In this document: one piece after another, positions 36,561 through 47,662 of the stretch
Numbering within the stretch: the stretch's first letter is position 1
Layout: the number at the start of each line of letters is the position of its first letter
DNA from: Eledone cirrhosa
Taxonomy: Eukaryota
Length of the DNA: 64,000 bases
Assembly: GCA_964016885.1 (NCBI GenBank)
Contig: OZ024756.1
Span: 12,710,001 to 12,774,000 of the forward strand
Direction: 5' to 3'
Notes under the pieces: model-generated
Told to the model about the DNA's origin: nothing
Seen by the model: the letters and a program-made list of their open reading frames with translations, nothing else
Databases searched by the model: none
Made by a program: the position numbers and the translations under genes

Positions 36561-36699
36561 TTATCAGTAACTGGTTTGCAATTAGAGGAGCCTTGCTTCT
36601 CTCATGGACAATGTATGTTGGATGCTCACGTGTAGGAAATTCAAAAAATCTTTTCATTTCATACTTCACTGGGAAAACCTCAATGTTATATATAAAGAA

Positions 36700-37030
36700 G
36701 TTTCATATAAAGAAGTTTTGTATGGCGCATCGGGCATACGTTGTGTATAAGGTAGAATGTAACAAGTGCAACCACTACTATATAGGTAACACAATCCGGC
36801 CGCTACACATCTCGATCAAGGTGCACATCAACACCAGGGCCTCGTCTTTCCGGAAACACATAACAAAATGCGGAAACAAAGACGGAAGGCCCATTGTCAC
36901 AGTGCTAGCGACGGAACAAAACATTGGCACATTACGAATCAAGGAAACACTTTGGATCAAATGCCTAGGGCCACAAATAAATAACCGATCCGAGAGAAGC
37001 GAAATGAAGGTGGTTGGTTTAAATAAACAA
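36700..37030 (+). mobile_element. Penelope-like element GIY-YIG endonuclease fragment
   Basis: VVYKVECNKCNHYYIGNTIRPL...H...LRIKETLWIK..GPQINNRSE. Confidence 0.85.
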
Positions 37031-37300
37031 ACGAGGCAACAACACACACACACACACAAGCGAGGCAACAACACACGCACACACAGTAGCATTCCACCAT
37101 ACTGCTAATACCGACAAACGAGGCAACAACACATGTGTACACACACACACACACAAGCGAGACAACAACACACACACACACAGTAGCATTCCACCATACT
37201 GCTAATACCGACAAACGAGGCAACAACACATGTGTACACACACACACACACACAAGCGAGACAACAACAACACACACACACAGTAGCATTCACCAAACAG
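37028..37300. repeat. CA-rich ~100-bp composite tandem repeat (about 3 units)
   Basis: Recurring aaacgaggcaacaacaca...caagcgag.caacaac...cagtagcattccaccatactgctaataccgac. Confidence 0.8.
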
Positions 37301-37559
37301 GCAGGGAATACTACCACACACTATTCAACACTGCGAATACAGAAACCAGCACGGGCAGATAATACAATGGATTGACAGCTAACGCCACCCCACTCCCACA
37401 ATTAAAAAAACTATTTTGGCCGCCGACCTCTGCTTGACCGAACCCATTTCACGCGCTCTGCTGAATACCTCAGATATTCAAAACAACGAACAGCAGAGGA
37501 CACGTATCGCAGCTATCCGACAGATAACCTTGGTGGTGGTACCGCAGTGTGGGAGTTAT

Positions 37560-38570
37560 ACTGTCTTAGTTTATGATGGTTACTGAATGCGATGCGGCTG
37601 GCTAGGTTAGGTGTTGTGGAGAATGAGATTTTAATGTTATTTTTATTAAAGAGTTTGTAATATCTGTGGTTGGGGGGGAAATGTTTAGATAGGATAGAGA
37701 AGAAGCGTTTAGGGATATTAGTGGCTACATTAGATGAGAATGGGGGAGGAGGGGGTTAAGCCAGGTTATATTTCTAGGCCTATTCCTTCTAGGGGTTCTA
37801 GTGGAGTTGGTAGGGGCCTTCCTAGGGTTATTATTACCTGTGGATTTGTTATTTGTCATCCCATTTCTCATTCCTATTCTAGGGTTGATTTTTAGTTTGC
37901 TACTTGGAGTGGGGAGCAGGCCGCTGCCACCATTAAAGTTCCCTGTATAGGTGCTGTTACTGCTAAAATTCCGGCGAATCTGGCTATATGCTAAGGTATT
38001 TCTAGTTCTAGTGTTAAGTTTATTATGGTGAGTTGCTGTGTTAAGTTTATTATGGTGAATTGCTGTGTTATGGCATTTAGGTATGTAATAAATTGATTGT
38101 TCTTAACCAGATTCAGAAAGAGCCTTATTATAATATTGTGCATGGTTTATAGATATCTCCTCATTTGTTGATAGCATTGAGATCCTATACGAGATAAATT
38201 TGATTACTGCTCTGATGACTGCCGGTGGGTAGTTAGAGTGTGGGCTAATATATGTGAGTATTTCACCTGGTTTATGGTAAGGGAAATATAGGTTATTGTT
38301 AAGATCCAGGGTGATGTCTAGGAAGTTTACTACTTTATGGTTCAGCTCGATGGTGATAGAGAGACCGTTATTTTTAAAGAATCTATGTAATTGTTTTTTG
38401 AGCAAATCAATGCCCCGATTAGTGCAATTGTGGACTGCAAATAGGGCGTCGTCCCTGTATATTCCGCCTTGCAAGGGTTGGATTTCGGCTCTGATGTTAT
38501 GTAATAGGTAAATTCCAACTAAATCGGTGATTTACGCAGAGTCACTTGAGCCCATCGTGATGGCTTCTAA
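37560..38570 (-). mobile_element. Penelope-like element reverse transcriptase fragment
   Basis: GGIYRDDALF...GLSITIE..KVVNFLDITLDL....YFPYHKP....YISPHSNYPP. Confidence 0.85.
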
Positions 38571-38633
38571 CTAATTCACCAATCTCTCCTCTCCTATCTC
38601 CATCTCTCTCTTTAAGATTAGTTACTCTTGAAC

Positions 38634-38667
<34 letters not shown>

Positions 38668-38668
<1 letters not shown>

Positions 38669-39012
38669 CATCATCATCATCATCATTTCATTTTATGTCC
38701 GCTTTTCCCTGCTTGCAAGGGTGGGACGGGAACTGATTCTGGCTTGATTTCTACAGCTGGATGCCCTTCCTAAAATCAACCTCATTTACAGTGAGTGCTG
38801 GGTGCTTTTTTGCTGTGGCACCTCCACGACCACCTTGCAGTGGAATGATATGGACTCCAGTCTCTATCATCTCATTTCTACAGCTGAGTAAACTGGAGCA
38901 ATGTGAAATAAAGTGTCTTGCTCAAGGAAACAACACATCACCCGGTCCGAGTATTGAACTCACAACCCTTCGATTGCAAGGCCAATGCTCCAACTACCAA
39001 GCCATGTGCCTC
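38668..39012 (-). mobile_element. Full-length tRNA-headed SINE with RTE-derived tail (other copies ~39195-39560, 44260-44550, 53800-54083, 58632-58953, 62620-63030)
   Basis: Sense: GGAGGCACATGGCTTGGTAG..tRNA-like head, ccttgagcaagacactttatttcac central block, aaaagcacccagcactcactgtaaatgagg, tail cccacccttgcaagcagggaaaagcggac(ATG)n. Confidence 0.88.
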
Positions 39013-39566
39013 CGTATATATATATATATATGTATATATGTGTGTATATATATATATATATATGTGTATATATATGTGTATATGTATATATATATATGTG
39101 TATATATATGTGTATATGTATATATATATATGTCTGTATATATATGTGTATATGTATATATATATATATATATATTACACCTCAAAGGCAATGACACACG
39201 ACCGTGACCTCTGGTGTCACGCAGTAATACAGAGTACCCGACCTCCCATGGGTACAAGCTGAAGCATATAGACAATATGCCCCCGCACCCCCCACCGCAA
39301 GGTGGTTGTGGAGGTGCCATGGCAAAAAAGCACCCAGCCCACACTGTAAAGTGGACGTGTAGGCGCCACGGCAAAAAAGCACCCAGCACTCACTGTAAAT
39401 GAGGTTGGTGTTAGGAAGGGCATCCAGCTGTAGAAATCAAGCTAAATCAGTTCCTGTATGAGCAAGGCATGATCAGCCGACCAGACACTGCCCACAACAG
39501 GACAACTCGTCTAACCCATGCTAGCGTGGAAGAAAGGCGGACGTAAAACGATGATGATGATATATA

Positions 39567-39615
<49 letters not shown>

Positions 39616-39617
39616 GC

Positions 39618-42600
39618 TTACCAGCACAGCAACAAATAGGAACAACAAAATATGAAGATGTCGCATCTCAGAGTTGCAAAACTTAATGTTGGCACTCTCA
39701 GAGGTAGATCTGCTGAAATAGCGGAGATGCTGGAGAGAAGGCAGGTGGATGTGTGCTGCGTGCAAAAGGTGAGATGGAGAGGTGCCTCTGCAAGACTAGT
39801 CGTAGGCAAACGTCTTAGCTATAAGCTATTCTGGGTAGGTAAGGATGATGGGTTAGGGGGAGTAGGCATTTTCCTGGCTGAGAAATGGATCAATAAGACA
39901 ATAGAGGTAGTTCGAGTTAGTAATCGAATAATTAAGCTTAGATTAGTTGTAGGCAGGAGACTACTGACAATCATCTCGGCCTATGCTCCCCAAGCAGGCC
40001 TAGGCAAAGATGAGAAAGACTGCTTTTACGAGCAACTTTTACAAACAACCGCAATGACAGAGGACGGAGACATCGTTATGCTAGCAGGAGACTTCAATTC
40101 GTCATGTTGGACAGCTCCAGGATGGTTACACTGGGGTACATGGTGGGCACGGTTACGGCTCAAGGAATGAAGGAGTGAGACTTCTTGAATTTTGTGATGC
40201 AGGTACATTGACTATTTGCAACACAACTTCCAGAAACCTGCCAATCACCTAATAACCTACAAATCTAGTGAGCACATAAGCCAGATTGACTTCTTACTAG
40301 TTAGGCAGCGGGACAGGCAGATAGTGTCTAATACCAAGGCATACCCTGGGGAAGAATATACCCCACAGAATAGGTTAGTCGTTAGTGATATCTCAGTAAG
40401 CAAGAGATGGAATGGGACATATAGGAAGGTGTGGAGAAGAAAGGTCTGGAAGCTAAAAGACCTTTCACTAAAATACAAATTTAGGAAAGCCCTTCAAGAT
40501 GTATATGACGAAAAAGAAGACGATTTAGAGATTTATGACATAGATAATAATTGGAATTTCTTATGTGACAACTTGCTGCAGGCTACTGATGAAACTTGTG
40601 GCTGGAGCAGAGCTCCAACCAGACAGAGTGACCTGGTGGTGGAACAGCACAGTAGATAAGGCCATTAGAGACAAAAGACTAGCATGGAAGGCTTGGAAAA
40701 AGGGTGGGAGTAGGGAAGAATATACAGCCACTAAGAAGCTAGACGTCAGGTGTACTTAGCACGCAGGGAGGCGAAGAGTAGGAGGTTTGCCAATGTTCTG
40801 CGACGGGAAGATCAGAGGCGTGCGGTGTTCCACATTGCAAGGCAGTGTGTCAATACAAATCAGGATGTTGTTGGAGATAAATGTGTCCAGGATGATGCCG
40901 GTGTACTTAGTGTCACGAATAATCAGAAAAAGGAGCCTGGAAATGTCATTATGAGAGACTGATGAATGTGGAGAACGAATGGGAGAGAGAGAAATTACCC
41001 TTAGTAGATCCGACAGAGGGACCAGCTATTGAGATTGACGAATATAGGGTCCAAGAGGCGATTAGGGAAATGAAAAATGGTAAGGCTGCTGGACCATCGG
41101 GAATAGTTGCTGAGATGCTGAAGGCATCAGGTGACGTAGGCACTAAACTGGTTGCACGCATCATCAATCAGGCTATATATGGTGGTGTCATACCCAAAGA
41201 CTGGTGCAGCAGTATTCTCATAAATTGCTACAAAGGTAAAGGGGATGATCTGGAGAGGAGCAATTATAGGGGTATAAAACTGATAGATCAGGTTATGAAA
41301 GTGGCAGAAAGGATATTAGCACAATTAATTAGAGAAAGGGTCAAACTAGATGAGATGCAGTTTGGTTTTGTGTCTGGGAAGAGTACAACAGATGCCCTCT
41401 TCTTGGTGAGACAATTGCAAGAGAGGTTCTTAGAGAAAAATAAGCCACTATACTTAGCCTTTGTTGACCTAGAGAAGGCCTTTGATAGGGTACCCCGATC
41501 TGTCATGTGGTGGTCCCTAAGGAAGCTAGGTGTTGAGGAATGGCTTGTGAGGACAGTGCAAACTTTGTACAGAGGTACTCTCAGTAAAGTCAGGGTAGGA
41601 ATGGAGTTTAGTGAGGAATTCCAGATACAAGTAGGAGTACATCAAGGTTCGGTCCTCAGCCCGCTCTTGTTCATTATAGTCCTCCAAGCCATAACAGAGG
41701 AGTTTAAGACTCGCTGTCCATGGGAACTTCTCTATGCTGACGATCTGGTTCTTATAGCAGAATCAGTAGAGGAGCTAGAGAATAAATTCTGGCTATGGAA
41801 ACAGCAGTTGGAAGCAAGAGGACTGAGAGTGAACCTAGCTAAGATAAAAGTGTTGATGAGTAGAAAAGAGGACAAAACTCTGATTCCGTCAAGGAAATGG
41901 CCATGTTCGATATGCAGAAAAGGAACTGGCATAAATTCTATAAAATGCACACAATGCAGATCCTGGGTACACAAGAGATGTAGTGGGATAGCAGGCAAAC
42001 CAACAAGTCGGGAGAAATATGTATGCAGTAGATGTACAGGGAAATTAGACAGTAGAAGTCGCATTGATAGACACATTTTTCAAATGCAGGTTCTATAGAA
42101 GTGGTGGATAGCTTCCGGTACCTAGGAGATCAGATTAGCATGGGAGGCGGGTGTTCCGAGGCCATAGTATCTAGAATAAGGACGGGTTGGAAGAAGTTTA
42201 GGGAGCTGCTTCCTCTGTTGACGAAGAAGGGTTTCTCCCTGCGTACGAAAGGCCGGTTGTATGATGTCTGTGTGAGGAGCGCGATGCTGCATGGTAGTGA
42301 GACATGGGCAGCAACTGCAGAGGATATGCGACGGCTGGAGAAAAATGAGGCAAGCATGCTCCGTTGGATGTGCGTGAACGACCTAGCATAAATGTGTTGA
42401 GAGAGAAACTGTGTCTGAGAGGGATAGAATGTAGTGTACGGGAGAGGAGACTGAGGTGGTATGGACATGTGATGCGCATGGAGAATGACCGATGGGTGAA
42501 GAAGTGCCAGGAAATGCCAGTTAAAGGAAGACGTGGTACAGGTAGACCAAGAAAAACATGGGCGGAGGTGGTGAGAACAGACCTCAGATCATTGAAGCTC

Positions 42601-42708
42601 ACGGTGGAGATGACGAAGGACTGTGACGAGTGGAGAGATGCTGTGCTGAATAAGACCCGTCCCACCCTTCCAAGCAGGGAAAAGCGGACGTAAAATGATG
42701 ATGATGAT
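39618..42708 (+). mobile_element. RTE-clade LINE, near full length with a few frameshifts; RT carries a PHD-like Cys insert
   Basis: LNVGTL, DVCCVQ, ISAYAPQ, AGDFN, SQIDF, GKAAGPSG, FVDLEKAFDRV, GVHQGSVLSPLLF, LLYADDL, FRYLG, MLHGSETW, RRLRWYGHV, GRPRKTW; (GAT)n tail; both flanks are TA microsatellite. Confidence 0.96.
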
Positions 42709-42720
42709 TATATATATTAT

Positions 42721-43480
42721 ATATATAGTAATAATAAATTTGAAGACTAAAATCTAAAGTGGGGAGAAATAGGATCCAGAGGTTCGGTCAGGTCCAGGAT
42801 GTTGAGATTTTAAACCCAGCATCGTTGATGACACACGGATTAGTTTTACGGTAATCCTTAGTTACAGCATTATGTAGTAGTTGATTGTAAGTACTGCGCT
42901 CCACTTGATACAAGTTGCCAGTTTTGTCGGAATGGACGTGCACGGCATTAGAATCCTTAATAGAACAAATTCTATTCTTCAGGTCCTGCTGGAAGGGATT
43001 GCTCCTATTCCGAAATTTGATACTCCGTATGAGTTCCAAGACATCATTTTCGAAGGGTAGCAATGCTAGGTTACAGGGGGGGTTATTATAGGTTTTAAAC
43101 CCAAATTTATCCTGTTTGTTGTCTGCTTTTTGCGGATTATCGAAATAAAAGGCACGCCAATGCAACCTTTTAATGAACGCGTCTGTTTTCTGTATCAGGA
43201 GTTTTAGGTATGTTTTCCTGCTTGGTACGGGTATGTTCTTTGTAGAAATATTCAGATGTTTCTGCATGATGAATATAAGTCAGTAGAGTGCTCAATCAAG
43301 GGAGCCAAATAGTAATAATAATAAATTTGAAGACTAAAATCCAAAGAGGGCTCGATAAGGATAAATATATATCAAATATATAAGAACTGTAGAGCAAATA
43401 TTTATTAAAATAACAGATTAAAGTTTAAGCAAAGAATCGCTGCTTTCACCCTTAACGGGATCTTCTGAAACTAACAAAGT
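42721..43480 (-). mobile_element. Penelope-like element N-terminal fragment with direct-repeat flanks
   Basis: STKNIPVPS..YLKLLIQKT..FIKRLHWRAFYF...SDKTGNLY...YNQLLHNAVTKDYRK; the block tagtaataataaatttgaagactaaaatc recurs at ~42726 and ~43312. Confidence 0.78.
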
Positions 43481-44940
43481 CAATCTGTAAACGCAGAAGT
43501 GGATATTTCAAAAAACGTTGCAACCGGAGGAAGACGATATTTTGGTTCCTTTGTCAGGGTTGAACAAATGAGCAACTATGGTTGCTAGACACTGTACGGC
43601 TTAATTTGGGTTGTTTGTTTACAAACACACCGAGCATTATAATAATGTTCGGTGAATCCATACGTACATATATATATGTGTGCATGTATGAATATATATA
43701 TACATACTACTGTACATCTGTATACATATATGTATGTACGTATACATCCTGATATTAATATTACTAAACAAATACATATACATATTGGTTACTAGGTTTA
43801 AAATAGTGATAATTGATATGTTTACAAGTGGAAAAAATATCTCAGATTTCCTATTCAATAAATCTAATTTAGAGAAGATAATATTAGATTGTTTTTACAG
43901 TTGGTAAAGGAGTTTTTAGGCATAAACTTAATTTTATCTTTATAGCCAGAACGTGATAAAGCTTCATTATAATAATGTGAATTATAGTTAAATGTGTCTT
44001 CATTATAGGATAAATTACTAATTGGATTAAATACACCTTTGATAATTGAGTTTAAGACAGATCTAGGTTGGTTAGAATTGGTATCAACATAAAAAGTTTT
44101 TCATTAGGTTTATGGTAAGGTGTAAAGTTTTAGAATCCAAGCAACGGGTAACATCAAGGAAATTAACAGTTTTGGTGTTCTTATCTAAAGTAAATAAAGT
44201 ATTGTCGCAAGTATTTATAAAGTATATTATATATATATATTTTATATATATATATATATGGGTTAGACGGGTTGTCCTGTTGTTGGCAGTGTTCAGTCAG
44301 CTGACCTTGTCTTGCTCATACAGGAACTGATTCTGGCTTGATTTCTACAGCTGGATGCCCTTCCTAACACCAACCTCATTTACAGTCAGTGCTGGGTGCT
44401 TTTTTCTTTGGCGCCTACACGTCCACTTTGCAGTGTGGGCTGGGTGCTTTTTTGCCGTGGCACCACCTCCACGACCACTTTGCAGTGGGAGGGTGTGGGG
44501 GCATATTGTCTTCTGTATTACTGCGTGACGCCAGAGGTCACGGTCGTGTCATGTATATATATATATATTTATATAGAAAAATCTGTAGAAGAAATTACAT
44601 AGGAAGCCAGCTAAACATACATTCGTAGATGTGATCTGTAACAACATGGTTTTATGCCCAGATTAACTGGGGTTTTTAATTGTCACTTCTAAATGACTAA
44701 CATATTTTTTGTTTTCGCATGAGACATCATCCACTTACAGTTGTTTACAATGCCAGTGTTCATATAGTATCAATATTGACATGACTAATCCAACTTACAT
44801 AATTATACTCTATGTGTGGTAGTGAGTGCTGTGGATTTTAAGCCCAGTGCAATGCACAATAGGGAAGTCGCATGCAGTTTTATGCTCCAAATTAAAAAAA
44901 TATAAATAACTGACTTATGAGTCTATACAGTAGTTCTTTA

Positions 44941-47130
44941 TCATAAACAAAGGAATTGAAATAGTCTTAACATTTCCTCTTCATTGTTCTTGATCTTATA
45001 TTCCACATTATGAACATTTTGTAAATGTTGAGGAATCTCTGAACTATCATCATTGTTTATCAGAAAAAGCTTTCCAGCTTCTGGCTGTCGGTTTTTCACA
45101 ATTTCAATTGCATATTTTGTGTAGTAGAAAATATCCTTTGAGTAAAGGATTCCAATGTTGCAGCTAGTTTTCATTATATTAATGAAATTGTTGTATTTTC
45201 TTACCCCTAGATCACAATCAACATCTCCATAGCTAGTTACTAAGCCGAAACAATGCTTCAGATCTTCTGCAATACTTTCTGCTATGCCTGTACCACTGTC
45301 AGTTACACTCCTGTTTGTACCAGCTCTGTCTGATGTTAAAATGTAGACATCATATTGAAACAAAGGATGTTTGTCTGACTGATCACATGCCTTGCTATCA
45401 GATGTTGGATGAAATTGCAAGCAAAGTTCATAGTATTTCTTAAAAACTGGTGTGGCTTTATCAGGTCCTTTTTTATATAAATCTTTAGCATATTCAAGAT
45501 AAATTGTTTTCCTAAGATTTACATCAATTTCACTTAGTTTAACATTAGAAAACTCTAAACTGATGAAAGCTTGCTGAAATTTTTTCTTTCGAAATAGCGA
45601 TCTTAACTCTTGTGACAATTCATTTCCACCATATTCTGTGAGGAATTTATTAAAAATGTCTTCATCTGTCAAGTTTTCTATAGATTGAATTAATTCCAAA
45701 AGTTTGATTTTATATTCAGTATTGCCAAATCTATAAATTGCCTCCATCATTCTTTTTATTTCCCAAATTTTGTTCTGCTTTTTATCTACCTTCACAATCT
45801 CAGACACCCAATTGATAGCATTGACAAACATATCTGTACCATCATCTGTTAAATCTTCTTTTATCTCTTTACTTTCTTCTTCATCAGCCAGCAAAAAACA
45901 AAATTTTCCATACTGGACAGAAAATTTGATGTTTTCAAAGGGAAGCATTTTTGCAAAATCAACACTTTCGAAGCATTTCTTAGCATTTTCATATTCATGC
46001 AGACTTATATATAACAAAGCCAGGTCATAGATGCTGTGTATATTATCAGGAGACAGTCTACAGGAATGTTGGAAATGATATTCGGCTTTATTGACAAATT
46101 CACTTCTTGTACATTCAGGAATTCTTTCAGGGCATTTCATCAATTTCTTTGTTGCTCTTATTTCTTTCAATTCTGGAGTAGTACACTCATGCAAGGGTTC
46201 TTTTTTTATACAAAAATCTCTATAACCAGGAATATTATTTCGATAAATTTTGCCTAGATGATAATGAGCCAGTGATGTTTCATTTAACTGAATAGCTTCT
46301 TCTAGTAATTTCTGTGCTCTTTGATATTCACCAATTGTTAGATAGAAGATGGCACTCTTTTCCAAAATGAAACGGTCTTGAGGAAAAATATTATAAGCCC
46401 TCTCAAAATATTCAAATGATCTTGAAGCGCGATTCCCAATAAGGATTTTGTTTTCAAGGGATCCTAGTAAAACCAAAGTTTTAGCCATAAGATGTTTCCC
46501 AATACAATGAGGATAAGCAGAAAGGATTGGCTGTAATATTACTGTTGTTTCTTTTATTACTTCATTCAAGTTTTTTTTATCATAAATGTTTCTACTGTGA
46601 CGATACATAAGAAGACCCATACGGAAAAGCCCTAAATAATTGTTTGGGCAAACTTGAAGAGCTTCTTTGTAAAGTGTAATAGCTTGTTGATAGTGAGCAA
46701 AAGATATTCGTGAATAACAATAAGCAATTTCAGCTTTACCCCTTGCTACAAGTGAAGAAAAGTTTTCCCTGCTTTTTAATTCATTGAGCCGTTTTAACTG
46801 ATCATCTACCTTGGTGAACATTTCATTTTGCAGAAACATAAATGCATAGTTTGTTAATGCCAATATGTTATCAGGGTCTTTTTCCAGGATTTCGGTGTTG
46901 AGTTCCTCAGCCAATTCCTGCTTGTGTAAAGTCCATAGAAGGAATACTTTAACATGTTTGTGTCGAATTTCATCTTCTAAACCATGTAAAATTTCGTTTG
47001 TTAAAGCACAGTTGATTTTTCTTAATTTGGCCTCAAGCACATTGCCTCTGTGATCAAATGACTCCTCCAGTACATTTGGAAATTCTTTAATTAGGATCCT
47101 GTAATACTCTTTAATTTCTTCGGAGTCGCT
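44941..47130 (-). CDS. Terminal coding exon of an IFIT/TTC22-like TPR-repeat protein with C-terminal TIR-like domain (729 aa in this exon; start codon presumably in an unidentified upstream exon)
   Basis: The frame extends 30 codons upstream of the GTG at 47040 to a clear acceptor (cttctctttttttttacctAG|AGC GAC TCC GAA). TPR motifs: [78 protein letters not shown]...[9 protein letters not shown]. TIR-like motifs at ~44950-45360: [47 protein letters not shown]. Confidence 0.88.
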   Translation of the reverse strand, partial: [729 protein letters not shown]

Positions 47131-47391
47131 CTAGGTAAAAAAAAAGAGAAGAATAACATAGAGTACAGAAAGAAAACAAAAACTTTGATTACACCTGTAA
47201 AATCTAAGATTATATTTGCATCAACAGGTACAAGGGTGTACATAACAAGAATTTAAAGTACAGTTGACATCATCATCATCATAATGCTTATAATAGTGAG
47301 AGATGGAGGCAGTGACAGTGGGAGTTTGGTTCCATTGTGTTCGAACTTGATATATATGTATATATTTATTTATCACACCACATATACATAC

Positions 47392-47662
47392 ATCATCATT
47401 TTATGTCCGTTTTTCTCTGCTTGCAAGGGTTGGATGGGTCCTATTCAGCACAGCATCTCTCCACTTGTCATGGTCCTTCGTCATCTCCTTGGTGAGTTTC
47501 AGTGATCTGAGGTCTGCTCTCACCACCTCCGCCCATGTTTTACGTGGTCTACCTCTACTGCGTCTTCCCTCTACTGGGATTTCTTGGCACTTCTTTACCC
47601 AGCGGTCATCCTCCATGCGCATCACATGTCCATACCATCTCGGCCTTCTCTCCTGCACACCA
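47392..47662 (-). mobile_element. 5'-truncated 3' end of the RTE family seen at 39618-42708, in the TPR gene intron
   Basis: RWYGHVMRMEDDRWVKKCQEIPVEGRRSRGRPRKTWAEVV, nearly identical to 42450-42693. Confidence 0.93.

Noticed and set aside
38900-39012. tRNA genes at SINE heads (also ~15830, 21840, 58870)
   Set aside because: Degenerate tRNA-derived heads fused to SINE bodies; no intact cloverleaf.
38918-39262. YI/VC-rich ORFs here and at 19937, 34444, 56026, 57900 and similar sites
   Set aside because: Translations of (TA)n/(TG)n microsatellites.
43430-43472. Hammerhead-like motif on the minus strand (CAGAAGA-tccc..ggg-tGAAA) upstream of a Penelope fragment
   Set aside because: The core is mutated and stems I and III cannot be formed convincingly; at best a dead remnant.
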